Shown here in pieces: positions 27,786 through 37,745 of a stretch of DNA of 64,000 bases; position 1 is the first letter of the stretch; each line of letters opens with the position of its first letter. A program made the translations under genes and the position numbers. The DNA comes from Marinilabiliaceae bacterium (GTDB lineage: Bacteria; Bacteroidota; Bacteroidia; Bacteroidales; VadinHA17): NCBI GenBank assembly GCA_036350795.1, contig JAZBNV010000138.1, positions 4,362-68,361 of the forward strand, in the 5' to 3' direction. The notes beneath the pieces are model-generated. The model saw only the letters and a list, made by a program, of their open reading frames with translations. It was not told the origin of the DNA and did not search any database.

Positions 27786-29159
27786 ATGAATAGACTATTA
27801 CTACTTGGTATTGTGCTTCTCCTGCCATGCAGTATGCAATTATCAGGACAGGAAAAAGTAAATATTGATAAGGCTGATTTTATTATTGAAAAGGAGGGCT
27901 TTAAGGAGGCATGGTATCATGTCAGGGAAGGGGATAAATTATACCGCCTTGGTGGAGGGCTTTATCCTGATGCAGTGGAACATTACCTGAAGGCCTATAA
28001 ATTTAACAGCGAAAATGCAGAACTAAACTATAAGCTTGGCGTAGCCAGCCTTTTTGGAAATGACCAGTTTGGCGCATTGAATTATTTTCTGAAGGCCAGG
28101 TCGCTTAAAACAGATGTGGCTGCCGACCTGGTTCTGCTTACCGGAAGAGCTTACCAGTTCAGGGGCGATTATGGGAGGGCTATCGATTTTTTTAATATGT
28201 ATTCCGATAAGTTACTGGAGAATGGTAAGAGTGATCCCGAGGTAATGCGCTATATTAAAGAATGTAACCTCGCCATCGAAAATGGATTGTCAGAAGATTT
28301 TGAGATAATGAACCTGGGTAAAAATATAAACTCCGAAAGTGATGATTATTCTCCTGTACTGGTAAAGAATGAACAGGCAATCTATTTTACAACCAGGCGC
28401 CAGCTGAGTGCAAAAGACGAGTTGCAGGGATCAGATTATAAATGGAATGAAAACGTTTATATTGCTACCGCTACAGAGGGTATATGGGATGCCGCAGGTC
28501 CGGCAGGGACAGAAGTATGTACACCCCTGAATGAAGGTGTTCTATATGTTGACAGGGATAATACTTATATGCTTCTTTATGCCGGATGGAGTGGTAGTGG
28601 CGATATTATGCGTTCTGAGTTTGACAGGGGTGTCTGGAGAACACCGGAGTCTTTTATGGATGAGACATCCACACCTTACAGGGAAACATCAATTGCTTTA
28701 AGCAATGACGGTGAAGAGGTTTTTTTTACCAGCGATATAAAAAAGGGCAACGCAGGAGGGAGAGATATATATTATATGCGGAGAGTTAAGAAGAATAAAT
28801 GGACAAAACCGTCAAATCTTGGTCCTCTGGTAAATTCAGGGGGAAATGAAGAAGCTGTATGGACTTCTGCAACAGGTGATACAATATGGTTTAGCTCCAA
28901 CGGGCTCCAGGGCTACGGCGGGTATGATATATTTATGTCGGTAAGGGATATTTCGGGTCAGTTTTCTGAACCTGTAAATATGGGCCTGCCAGTAAACTCA
29001 CAGTGGGACGATCTTTTCTACCGTCCTTCTGTTATCGACAGGAGGGAGGCATATTTTTCCTCCAACAGACCAGGCGGTTTTGGCGGACTCGATATTTATC
29101 ACGTAAAAAAGATTCCGGCATTTTCCAGGCAGGCAGACTCCACTCTGGCCAGGTACTGA
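27786..29159 (+). CDS. Exported TPR plus PD40/TolB-like beta-propeller repeat protein (no OmpA domain)
   Basis: It has a signal peptide and TPR-like helices (AVEHYLKAYKFNSENAELNYKLG...). Repeated motifs include DDYSPV, EVFFTSD, IWFSSN, GGYDIF and GGLDIYHV. Confidence 0.75.
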   Translation: MNRLLLLGIVLLLPCSMQLSGQEKVNIDKADFIIEKEGFKEAWYHVREGDKLYRLGGGLYPDAVEHYLKAYKFNSENAELNYKLGVASLFGNDQFGALNYFLKARSLKTDVAADLVLLTGRAYQFRGDYGRAIDFFNMYSDKLLENGKSDPEVMRYIKECNLAIENGLSEDFEIMNLGKNINSESDDYSPVLVKNEQAIYFTTRRQLSAKDELQGSDYKWNENVYIATATEGIWDAAGPAGTEVCTPLNEGVLYVDRDNTYMLLYAGWSGSGDIMRSEFDRGVWRTPESFMDETSTPYRETSIALSNDGEEVFFTSDIKKGNAGGRDIYYMRRVKKNKWTKPSNLGPLVNSGGNEEAVWTSATGDTIWFSSNGLQGYGGYDIFMSVRDISGQFSEPVNMGLPVNSQWDDLFYRPSVIDRREAYFSSNRPGGFGGLDIYHVKKIPAFSRQADSTLARY

Positions 29160-29225
29160 AATTGCCGGTCGATGCTTAAATAGGAGAATTAGACCATATT
29201 AAATTTAAAATATTCACTAATTGAT

Positions 29226-29233
29226 TAAATTTG
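29226..29233 (+). promoter_or_regulatory. Candidate -7 promoter element (TAnnTTTG) upstream of gcvT
   Basis: TAAATTTG lies 38 nt upstream of the ATG. Confidence 0.4.
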
Positions 29234-29270
29234 CCTTTGTTACTATTAATATTAAACAATCTTATATACT

Positions 29271-30374
29271 ATGAAAAATACAGCCTTTAAACCATTTCAT
29301 GAAAATATGGGTGCACGAATGGTTCCTTTTGCGGGTTACAATATGCCGATTGAATATACCGGAATTAACGATGAACATGTAAGCGTCAGGCAGGGTGTGG
29401 GAGTTTTTGATGTGTCGCACATGGGTGAATTCTGGGTCGAGGGTCCTGGCTCGCTTGAATTCCTGCAATATATTACATCAAATGATGTTTCGGAACTTGT
29501 TGATGGCAAGGTTCAGTATTCGTGTTTGCCAAATGGTAAAGGTGGAATTGTTGACGATTTGCTGGTTTACAGGTTTGCCGAAGATAAATACCTCCTGGTT
29601 GTAAATGCAGCCAATATTGAAAAAGACTGGAACTGGTGTGTTAAGCAGGCAGAAAAGTTCAATATTAAGCCCGGTAAGGGTATAAGAAATGAATCAGATA
29701 ATACATCCCAGCTGGCAGTACAGGGACCCCTGGCCCTTAAAGCAATGCAAAAAATTGCTTCTGAGAATGTTACAGATATGGAATATTATACTTTTAAGGT
29801 AATTGATTTTGCCGGTATAAAAAATGTGCTCTTTGCCACAACAGGCTATACCGGATCGGGCGGTTGCGAAATATATGTCGATAACAGGGATGCTGAAAAA
29901 CTATGGAAGGCAGTATTTGAAGCAGGTGAGGAGTTCGGCATAAAGCCTATTGGCCTGGCTGCAAGGGATACTCTTCGCCTGGAGATGGGATATTGTCTTT
30001 ACGGTAACGATATCGATGATACAACTTCGCCAATAGAAGCAGGACTGGGATGGATAACTAAATTCAGCGACTCCAAGGAGTTTATTGATAAGGATATGCT
30101 CTTAAAACAGAAGGAGGAGGGAGTTGCAAGGCGCCTGAAGGGCTTTGAGATGATAGATCGCGGGATACCCAGGCATCACTATGAAGTTGTTAATGAAAAT
30201 AATGAAGTTATCGGGCATGTAACATCCGGAACAATGTCTCCAATGATGAAAAAGGGAATAGGCATGGCCTACCTTTCAAAGGGATACTGGAAGGCCGATA
30301 CCGGGATTTTTATCAGGGTCAGGAATAAAAATCTCAAGGCAAAAGTTGTGAGTATGCCAATTTACAAGGGATAG
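29271..30374 (+). CDS. gcvT: Glycine cleavage system aminomethyltransferase T
   Basis: MGARMVPFAGYNMPIEY...VRQGVGVFDVSHMGEF... Confidence 0.93.
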   Translation: MKNTAFKPFHENMGARMVPFAGYNMPIEYTGINDEHVSVRQGVGVFDVSHMGEFWVEGPGSLEFLQYITSNDVSELVDGKVQYSCLPNGKGGIVDDLLVYRFAEDKYLLVVNAANIEKDWNWCVKQAEKFNIKPGKGIRNESDNTSQLAVQGPLALKAMQKIASENVTDMEYYTFKVIDFAGIKNVLFATTGYTGSGGCEIYVDNRDAEKLWKAVFEAGEEFGIKPIGLAARDTLRLEMGYCLYGNDIDDTTSPIEAGLGWITKFSDSKEFIDKDMLLKQKEEGVARRLKGFEMIDRGIPRHHYEVVNENNEVIGHVTSGTMSPMMKKGIGMAYLSKGYWKADTGIFIRVRNKNLKAKVVSMPIYKG

Positions 30375-30394
30375 TAAGACGGAAGGGGATTTTA

Positions 30395-31117
30395 ATGAGC
30401 AGATACAGAGTTGAAGCATGTTTATCACCTGCACTGTTTGAGTATTCCTTTAATCCAGAGTCGATAGCTGTTGTTATCGACACACTGAGGGCAAGCTCCG
30501 CAATATGTTCTGCTCTCTCGAATGGGGCAAAGGAACTAATACCGGTTGCTACTCTTGATGAAGCCAGGGAATATAAGAAGAAGGGCTATCTTGTTGCTGC
30601 TGAGAGAGATGGTTACGTTCTTGATTTTGCAGACTTTGGTAACTCACCCTTTAATTTTACGGCTGAAAGGGTTAAGGATAAAACAATAGTTTACAGTACC
30701 ACCAACGGTACGAAAACAATTGAGATGGCTTCTGCGTGCAGGAAGGTGGTTGTAGGCTCATTCCTTAATATTAGTGCTCTTTGCAACTGGCTCCTGTCAC
30801 AGGAAAGCGATATTTTACTGCTTTGCGCGGGCTGGAAAAACAGGGTTAACCTCGAAGATACCTTTTTTGCCGGTGCAATGGCTGCAAAATTGCTTAAAGA
30901 CAGCATGTTTTTTACTGATTGTGATTCAGTAAAAATTGCCCTTGACCTCTGGGAAAAAGGTGGCAGGGATCCGCTTGAATATGTACAGAAGGCCGCACAA
31001 AGGAAAAGACTGGGAGAGAAGGGACTCGATGATTGCATACCCTTCTGCCATACTCCCGACTCAAGCAAGGTGATTCCGGTTCTGGCCGGGAGAAAAATAA
31101 TTATCCTGGATACTTAA
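30395..31117 (+). CDS. comB: 2-phosphosulfolactate phosphatase (ComB) family protein
   Basis: VVIDTLRASSAICSAL...ERDG...FGNSP...TTNGT match the ComB family pattern as recalled. Confidence 0.75.
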   Translation: MSRYRVEACLSPALFEYSFNPESIAVVIDTLRASSAICSALSNGAKELIPVATLDEAREYKKKGYLVAAERDGYVLDFADFGNSPFNFTAERVKDKTIVYSTTNGTKTIEMASACRKVVVGSFLNISALCNWLLSQESDILLLCAGWKNRVNLEDTFFAGAMAAKLLKDSMFFTDCDSVKIALDLWEKGGRDPLEYVQKAAQRKRLGEKGLDDCIPFCHTPDSSKVIPVLAGRKIIILDT

Positions 31118-31153
31118 ATGCATTTTTTGACCTTTATACGATAATAATTTGCG

Positions 31154-31161
31154 TAATTTTG
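31154..31161 (+). promoter_or_regulatory. Candidate -7 promoter element (TAnnTTTG) upstream of serC
   Basis: TAATTTTG lies 27 nt upstream of the ATG. Confidence 0.4.
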
Positions 31162-31187
31162 AATAAAAACCAAAACACAATATACTT

Positions 31188-32258
31188 ATGAAAAAACATA
31201 ATTTTTATGCCGGACCATCAATTCTCCCCCAATACACAATTGATAAAGTGCTTGAAGGTATAAAGAACTTTGAAGGCACAGGACTATCAATCCTGGAAGT
31301 ATCGCACAGAAGCAAGGAATTTGTTGCTGTAAGCGAACAGGCAGTGGCTCTTTTTAAGGATCTCTTGTCCATACCTGAAGGTTATAGCGTCCTCTTCCTG
31401 GGAGGAGGTGCCAGCCTGCAGTTTGCCATGATCCCTATGAACCTTTTTATTAAGAAAGCAGCCTATCTTAATACCGGATCATGGGCATCGAATGCAATTA
31501 AGCAGGCCTTGCCCTATGGCGAGACAGTTGTGGTTGCTTCTTCGAAAGATCAGAACTTTAATTATATTCCAAAGGATTATACGGTTCCTTCTGATGCCGA
31601 TTATTTTCATATTACCACCAATAATACGATTTACGGAACGGAGATAAAAAAGGATCTTGTTGTTGATGTACCCCTGGTAGCGGATATGTCTTCAGATATT
31701 TTCAGCCGGCCCCTGGATGTTTCAAAATATGCTATGATTTATGGTGGTGCGCAGAAAAACCTGGCTCCCGCGGGCGTGACCTTTGTAATTGTTAAGGATG
31801 AAATACTTGGTAAAGTGGAAAGGCCAATTCCCACAATGCTTGATTACCGAACTCATATTGAAAAGGAATCTATGTTTAACACACCGCCCGTGCTTCCTAT
31901 CTTTGCGGCCCTGCAAACACTGACATGGCTGAAAGACAATGGCGGTCTGAAGGCAATGGAGAAGAAAAATATCGAAAAGGCAGCCCTGCTGTATAATGAG
32001 ATAGACAGAAATAAACTTTTTGTGCCTACGGTAGCCGACGAGGAAGACAGGTCGATTATGAATATCTGTTTTGTGATGGCTCCTGAGTACCAGGAACTGG
32101 AAGCTGATTTTAATACATTTGCTGCTTCAAAGGGAATGGTTGGAATAAAAGGACACAGATCAGTCGGAGGTTTCCGTGCTTCAACCTATAATGCACTGCC
32201 CAGGGAGAGCGTTGTGGCCCTGATTGATGTGATGAAAGAATTTGAATCAAAAAATTAA
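31188..32258 (+). CDS. serC: Phosphoserine aminotransferase
   Basis: [11 protein letters not shown]...[10 protein letters not shown]...GGAQKN. Confidence 0.93.
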   Translation: MKKHNFYAGPSILPQYTIDKVLEGIKNFEGTGLSILEVSHRSKEFVAVSEQAVALFKDLLSIPEGYSVLFLGGGASLQFAMIPMNLFIKKAAYLNTGSWASNAIKQALPYGETVVVASSKDQNFNYIPKDYTVPSDADYFHITTNNTIYGTEIKKDLVVDVPLVADMSSDIFSRPLDVSKYAMIYGGAQKNLAPAGVTFVIVKDEILGKVERPIPTMLDYRTHIEKESMFNTPPVLPIFAALQTLTWLKDNGGLKAMEKKNIEKAALLYNEIDRNKLFVPTVADEEDRSIMNICFVMAPEYQELEADFNTFAASKGMVGIKGHRSVGGFRASTYNALPRESVVALIDVMKEFESKN

Positions 32259-32263
32259 TAGTC

Positions 32264-33184
32264 ATGAAAGTACTGATTGCAACAGACAAACCATTTGCTC
32301 CGGTGGCAGTGAATGGAATAAAAAAAATATTTGACAAGGCAGGCTATGAGCTTGTAATGCTTGAGAATTATACCGATGTAAGCCAGCTCCTCGCTGCTGT
32401 AAAGGATGTTGATGCAATGATTGTAAGAAGTGATATTGTTTCCAGGGAAGTTGTGGAAGCAGCTAAGAATCTTAAAATTGTTGTAAGGGCAGGTGCAGGT
32501 TACGATAACCTCGACCTGGAAGCCTGTACAGAGGCATCGGTTGTTGCTATGAACACACCCGGTCAGAATTCAAATGCAGTCGCCGAACTTGCCCTGGGAA
32601 TGATGGTTTTTATGGCTCGTGGCGGATATAATGGTAAACCAGGTACTGAACTGAGGGGCAAAACTCTTGGTATTCATGCATATGGTAATGTGGGCCGCTA
32701 TATTGCACGTATAGCTGCAGGATTCGGAATGAATATTTACGCTTATGATCCCTATGTTGATGCTAAACTGATAGAGGCCGATGGCGTTAAAGCTGTATCC
32801 GGGATCGAAGATCTTTATGCCAGGTGCCAGTATGTTTCACTTAATATACCTGCTACCGCTGAGACAAAAGGATCTATCGGAGCAGATCTGCTTAATCTGA
32901 TGCCTGAAGATGCAGTGCTTGTTAATACAGCTCGCAAAGAAGTTATTAATGAACAGGAACTGCTTGAAGTATTTGCTAAGCGGGGTGATTTTAAGTATAT
33001 CTCCGATATAGCACCGGATTGCAGCGAAGAGATTGCGAATAAGTACGAGGGAAGGTATTTCTTTACTCCGAAAAAGATGGGTGCTCAAACCGCAGAAGCC
33101 AATATAAATGCAGGAACAGCTGCCGCAGAACAGATTGTTGCTTTCCTTGAAACTGGTGATGATACATTTAAGGTAAATAAATAG
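32264..33184 (+). CDS. serA: D-3-phosphoglycerate dehydrogenase (short, 2-hydroxyacid dehydrogenase family)
   Basis: 306 aa. The NAD-binding motif is GIHAYGNVGRY. It lies 5 nt after serC. Confidence 0.85.
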   Translation: MKVLIATDKPFAPVAVNGIKKIFDKAGYELVMLENYTDVSQLLAAVKDVDAMIVRSDIVSREVVEAAKNLKIVVRAGAGYDNLDLEACTEASVVAMNTPGQNSNAVAELALGMMVFMARGGYNGKPGTELRGKTLGIHAYGNVGRYIARIAAGFGMNIYAYDPYVDAKLIEADGVKAVSGIEDLYARCQYVSLNIPATAETKGSIGADLLNLMPEDAVLVNTARKEVINEQELLEVFAKRGDFKYISDIAPDCSEEIANKYEGRYFFTPKKMGAQTAEANINAGTAAAEQIVAFLETGDDTFKVNK

Positions 33185-33195
33185 AAATTCAAATT

Positions 33196-34446
33196 ATGGC
33201 GACTATTAAACCATTTAAGGCACTCAGGCCTCCGGTAGAGTATGCGGAAGAAGTGGCCTGCCTGCCTTATGACGTGATGAACGAAGCTGAAGCAAGGAAA
33301 ATGGCTGAAGGGAAAAAGAGATCACTCCTGCATATAACGCGTTCGGAGATTGACCTGCCCGAAGGAACAGATGTTCACAGCCAGGAAGTCTATAATAAAT
33401 CAGTTGAAAATTTTAAAAAATGGCAGGAAGAAGGATGGCTGGTGCAGGATGAAAAGCCGGCTTATTACATTTATGCCCAGACAATGGATGGCAGAACACA
33501 GTATGGCCTTGTAGGAGCGGCCTCGGTAGAGGATTACCTGCAGGGGATTATTAAAAAACACGAGCTCACCCGCCCCGATAAGGAAGAAGACAGGATGATC
33601 CATGTAAGGGTAAACAGTGCAAATATTGAGCCTGTGTTTTTTGCATATCCCTCGGTGAAAGAGATTGATGATATCATTTCAGGAGTAGTGAGCAGCCAGA
33701 AGCCAGCTTACGATTTTGTGGCTGAAGATGGCTTTGGACACCACTTCTGGGTAGTTAATGATGAAAATACCGTTGCTGCTATTGAAAAGCTTTTTAGGGA
33801 GAAGGTGCCATATACCTATGTGGCAGATGGTCACCACCGGACGGCAGCTGCTGCACTGGTGGGCAAGGAAAGACGGGATCAGAATCCCGGCTATACAGGA
33901 GATGAAGAGTTTAATTACTTTCTCGCCGTTCATTTTCCCGACAATCAGCTCAAAATAATTGATTATAACAGGCTGGTAAAAGATCTTAATGGTTTAAGCC
34001 CCAAAGAATTTATTGGGAAGCTTGGAGAAAAGTTTATTATCGAAAAGAAAGGACCTGGGATTTACAGGCCTGCTTCCTTGCATAATTTCGGTATGTACCT
34101 CGAAGGAAACTGGTACAGCCTCACTGCAAAGGAAGGTACCTACGACGATAACGATCCGATTGGTGTACTGGATGTTACCATACTTACCAATTCAGTGCTA
34201 AGCCCATTGCTTGATATCCAGGATCTCAGGCGATCGAAAAGAATCGATTTTGTAGGAGGCATCAGGGGACTTGGTGAACTCGAAAAGAGAGTTAACAATG
34301 GAGAGATGAAAGCAGCTTTTGCACTTTTCCCTGTTTCGATGGAGCAGTTAATAAATATTGCTGACTCGGGTAATATAATGCCACCAAAAACCACATGGTT
34401 TGAACCCAAGCTGAGAAGCGGACTGGCTATACACCTTCTCGATTAA
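33196..34446 (+). CDS. DUF1015 domain-containing protein
   Basis: The N-terminus MATIKPFKALRP and ...ADGHHR... are typical of DUF1015 (recalled). It lies 11 nt after serA. Confidence 0.8.
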   Translation: MATIKPFKALRPPVEYAEEVACLPYDVMNEAEARKMAEGKKRSLLHITRSEIDLPEGTDVHSQEVYNKSVENFKKWQEEGWLVQDEKPAYYIYAQTMDGRTQYGLVGAASVEDYLQGIIKKHELTRPDKEEDRMIHVRVNSANIEPVFFAYPSVKEIDDIISGVVSSQKPAYDFVAEDGFGHHFWVVNDENTVAAIEKLFREKVPYTYVADGHHRTAAAALVGKERRDQNPGYTGDEEFNYFLAVHFPDNQLKIIDYNRLVKDLNGLSPKEFIGKLGEKFIIEKKGPGIYRPASLHNFGMYLEGNWYSLTAKEGTYDDNDPIGVLDVTILTNSVLSPLLDIQDLRRSKRIDFVGGIRGLGELEKRVNNGEMKAAFALFPVSMEQLINIADSGNIMPPKTTWFEPKLRSGLAIHLLD

Positions 34447-34464
34447 ATATTTAAACAGAATGAC

Positions 34465-34496
34465 AAAAGCCCTTGGTATTGATCAGGGGCTTTTTT
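34465..34496 (+). terminator. Rho-independent terminator after the serC-serA-DUF1015 genes
   Basis: aaaagcccttg-(8-nt loop)-caggggctttttt forms a 7-bp stem with one G:U pair, followed by a T6 run. Confidence 0.75.
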
Positions 34497-34520
34497 ACTT
34501 TTATACACCATAAAATTTAA

Positions 34521-35195
34521 ATGAGCGGTATAGCCAGAAATATCTTACAGTTAAAATCCTCAATCCCTGAAGGAGTAACTCTTGTTGCAGTTTCAAAAAC
34601 CAAAACTGTGGAAGATATAATGGAGGCCTACAGGGCAGGGCAGAGGGTATTTGGCGAGAACCGGGTACAGGAAATAATCGAAAAACATCCACTGCTGCCT
34701 TCTGACCTGCGAATTCATATGATAGGTCACCTGCAGACAAATAAGGTGAAATATATTATTGACAAGGTTAAAATGATTGAGGGGGTAGATTCATTTAAAT
34801 TGCTTGGAGTTATAGACAGGGAAGCCGCCAAAAAGAATCTCAGGCCGGATGTGCTGTTACAATTTCATATAGCCGAAGAAGAGAGCAAGTATGGTTTTAC
34901 TTTCGGGGAGGTAATGGAATTTCATGAAACAGCTGCGATTGCTGAATACCATAATATATGCATACGGGGAGTAATGGGAATGGCAACCTTTACAGACGAC
35001 ATGATACAGGTAAGAAAAGAATTTAAGACCCTCAGGCAATACTTCGACATTCTGAAGAACAAATATTACAGCAACATTAATGCCTTCGACCAGGTTTCAA
35101 TGGGAATGTCTGGTGATTACAGAATTGCAATCGAGGAGGGTAGCACAATGATAAGAGTCGGGAGTGCAATCTTCGGACTCAGAAACATACCTTAG
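34521..35195 (+). CDS. yggS: YggS family pyridoxal-phosphate homeostasis protein
   Basis: VAVSKTK (the PLP lysine) and ...FGENRVQE...HMIGHLQTNK. Confidence 0.9.
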   Translation: MSGIARNILQLKSSIPEGVTLVAVSKTKTVEDIMEAYRAGQRVFGENRVQEIIEKHPLLPSDLRIHMIGHLQTNKVKYIIDKVKMIEGVDSFKLLGVIDREAAKKNLRPDVLLQFHIAEEESKYGFTFGEVMEFHETAAIAEYHNICIRGVMGMATFTDDMIQVRKEFKTLRQYFDILKNKYYSNINAFDQVSMGMSGDYRIAIEEGSTMIRVGSAIFGLRNIP

Positions 35196-35218
35196 TTTAT
35201 TATCTAAAATTTAAAAAT

Positions 35219-36196
35219 ATGGCAAACTTATCAACCTCTTATCTTGGTTTAAAACTTAACAGCCCGCTCGTACTCAGCAGCAGTGGATTAAGCGATAGTA
35301 TAGAGAAAATTAAGATTGCTCAGGATAGTGGTGCCGGAGCAGTAGTGTTAAAATCACTCTTCGAAGAACAGATTTCTTTCCAGGCAGGCAAACTGGCAGA
35401 GTCTTCAGATTACCCGGAGGCTGCCGACTATATAAACTACTATACAAGGTCAAATTCACTTGATACCTACCTGAAGCTAATCAGGGATGCAAAGCGTGAT
35501 ATCAGTATCCCGGTTATTCCAAGCATAAACTGCGTAAGCTCAAAGGAATGGGTGGAATTTGCCAGGAATATTGAACGCGAAGGAGCCGACGCCATCGAGA
35601 TAAATATGTTTTTTATGCCAGTAAGTAAGGACCTGTCTCCGCAGGATGCCGAAAAAGTCTATTTTGATCTGATTGAGAAACTTGTTTCTTCGCTTTCCAT
35701 ACCGGTGTCAATAAAACTGGGCCAGAGATTTTCAAACCTGCTTAACCTGGTCGACAGGTTCTATAACAGGGGGGTAAGGGGAGTGGTTCTTTTTAACCGT
35801 TTTTATGAGCCTGATATAGACATAAATACCATTAGCATTACCCCTGCATCAGTGTTCAGTTCAGAATCAGACCGCAGGTATGTACTGAGATGGATCGCAA
35901 TGGTGGATGCCTTTATCGCTAAAATTGACCTGGCTGCCACAACAGGGGTACATTCGGGACACGATGCCATCAAGTACCTTCTGGCCGGCGCCGACGTTGT
36001 TCAGCTCGCTTCGGTTCTGTACACCAAAGGGATAGAGTATATTGCAGAAATGAACGCTGCGATAATATCATGGATGGAGGAGAAAGGCTTTGCTACCGTT
36101 GACGAATACAGGGGTAAACTGAATTACAGGAATATTGAGGATCCGGGCAAGTATGAGCGTGCCCAGTTTATGAAATACTTTTCATCATACCATTAA
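35219..36196 (+). CDS. Dihydroorotate dehydrogenase-like protein (class 1 DHOD fold, function unassigned)
   Basis: YLGLKLNSPLVLSSSGLS...GAGAVVLKSLFEEQI is a TIM-barrel DHOD/DHPD-like sequence. Confidence 0.75.
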   Translation: MANLSTSYLGLKLNSPLVLSSSGLSDSIEKIKIAQDSGAGAVVLKSLFEEQISFQAGKLAESSDYPEAADYINYYTRSNSLDTYLKLIRDAKRDISIPVIPSINCVSSKEWVEFARNIEREGADAIEINMFFMPVSKDLSPQDAEKVYFDLIEKLVSSLSIPVSIKLGQRFSNLLNLVDRFYNRGVRGVVLFNRFYEPDIDINTISITPASVFSSESDRRYVLRWIAMVDAFIAKIDLAATTGVHSGHDAIKYLLAGADVVQLASVLYTKGIEYIAEMNAAIISWMEEKGFATVDEYRGKLNYRNIEDPGKYERAQFMKYFSSYH

Positions 36197-36705
36197 TCCA
36201 GCAGGTCAATTATAGCCTCGGTAAGCTTGTACCTGTCAGTGTTCATGCCCGGCTGGGCCTTTCTGAGTTGTGCCTTCCATTTATTTCTTTTGTCGGGACC
36301 GGCTTTGTAAACCCACTGCTCAATAAGCGAGTAACATTCAAGAGATACCAGGTAACTTTTGCTTACAGACCACCCGATAAAATGATGCAGGTACTCAGAA
36401 TAGTCGAGGCCCGATTGCCAGCAAGACGATGTGAGTTTTTGCATAACAAGGTCGTTATCAGTATTATTCATGGCATTAATCACTTCCTGGCAGAGCGACT
36501 GGTGCTTAAGATCGTTAAGAAATCTCAGGGCTGCTTCAAGCACCCCGCTATCGCTTTCGTTTTCAAGTATTTCTGCTATAAGCAACACTACCCCCTCAAA
36601 GGGTTTTTCAGCCCTGAGACCGTTAATTATAGCTGTCTTTTCGTCCGGACCTGATGAAATGAGTGAAGAGCGTAACTTTTTATAATTATTTTCGTTAGTG
36701 TTCAT
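36193..36705 (-). CDS. Hypothetical cytoplasmic all-alpha protein
   Basis: 170-aa ORF with no signal peptide. Its stop shares the tetranucleotide TTAA (36193-36196) with the stop of the convergent DHOD-like gene. Confidence 0.55.
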   Translation of the reverse strand: MNTNENNYKKLRSSLISSGPDEKTAIINGLRAEKPFEGVVLLIAEILENESDSGVLEAALRFLNDLKHQSLCQEVINAMNNTDNDLVMQKLTSSCWQSGLDYSEYLHHFIGWSVSKSYLVSLECYSLIEQWVYKAGPDKRNKWKAQLRKAQPGMNTDRYKLTEAIIDLLD

Positions 36706-36817
36706 AAATATAAAATTTGTGCAAAGTTAGAAAAGATCAGCAGCATCATGCTTTTTGAAAAATAAAAATTATATGCTAAATTAGTCCTATCTTAGTGCAG
36801 ATTAAAAACTAACTATT

Positions 36818-37738
36818 ATGAAGAATAAACCTATTTTGAATTCCATTATTGCATTTGCTGTTATTGTAATGGCTGCATTCGCTGTAAATAGTTGTAAATC
36901 GGGCAGCGGAGAAGAAGAAAAGGATAAGGTGGTTGATATGACTGAAGTGGATGAGTCTGTAATACAGGATGTTAAGGAAGCAAAGAAAATATTTCTTTCC
37001 CTGCCTTCACCTCTGGAGTCAGCAATGCTAATAAAATCAGCCGGGGCCGCGTTTGATGCTGATTTATTAAACCCTACCGATGCTGTATCATCTTATTCCA
37101 CTAACAAGGCAATGGCCCTGAACCTGGGTATTTATACCTGTGATTTGAGCTTCAGTAGTTTATACGATCAGACTCAGCTTGTTATTGACTATATGAACGC
37201 AGCAAAGAAATTGGCTGACGGCCTTGGAATACTTGATGCCATAAACGAAGAAACAATAAACCGCCTGGAGGAGAATGTAAACAACCGTGATGTAATCCTG
37301 GATATTGTTTCAGAAACCTTTATGAATACAAATGCATATCTTGAAGATAATGAGCAACCTGCAATAGCATCTATCGTACTTGTGGGTGGCTGGCTCGAAG
37401 GACTTTATATCGCCACCCAGCTGGTGGATATTGACAGTTTTGATGCCAGTAAACTTGTAGGAAGGATAATTGATCAGAAACTTTCGATAGATATTATGCT
37501 GAGGCTCCTTGAGGAGAACATGTCACACCCGGCAGTTCCTGAAATTGCTGAACAGATGAACGCTGTGAAGGCAGTATTTGATAAGTTTACAGTTACCACA
37601 ACCAAGATAACTCCTGAAGTTGATGAGGAAACAAATGTTACAGTACTGAAGTCTGAGATTACTTCAGATATTACACCCCAGATATTTATGGAGTTGACAG
37701 AAGTTGTTGCCGGAATAAGATCATCCTTCGTAAAGTAA
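36818..37738 (+). CDS. Hypothetical lipoprotein, predicted helical
   Basis: The signal peptide carries a lipobox (FAVNSC), followed by an acidic linker. I recognise no family. Confidence 0.65.
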   Translation: MKNKPILNSIIAFAVIVMAAFAVNSCKSGSGEEEKDKVVDMTEVDESVIQDVKEAKKIFLSLPSPLESAMLIKSAGAAFDADLLNPTDAVSSYSTNKAMALNLGIYTCDLSFSSLYDQTQLVIDYMNAAKKLADGLGILDAINEETINRLEENVNNRDVILDIVSETFMNTNAYLEDNEQPAIASIVLVGGWLEGLYIATQLVDIDSFDASKLVGRIIDQKLSIDIMLRLLEENMSHPAVPEIAEQMNAVKAVFDKFTVTTTKITPEVDEETNVTVLKSEITSDITPQIFMELTEVVAGIRSSFVK

Positions 37739-37745
37739 AAAAAAT

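Noticed and set aside
29160-29270. A glycine riboswitch upstream of gcvT, and similar riboswitch candidates upstream of folP and guaA.
   Set aside because: The leaders are short and AT-rich and lack the conserved GGAGAG...CACCG-type cores. There is no room for the tandem aptamers.
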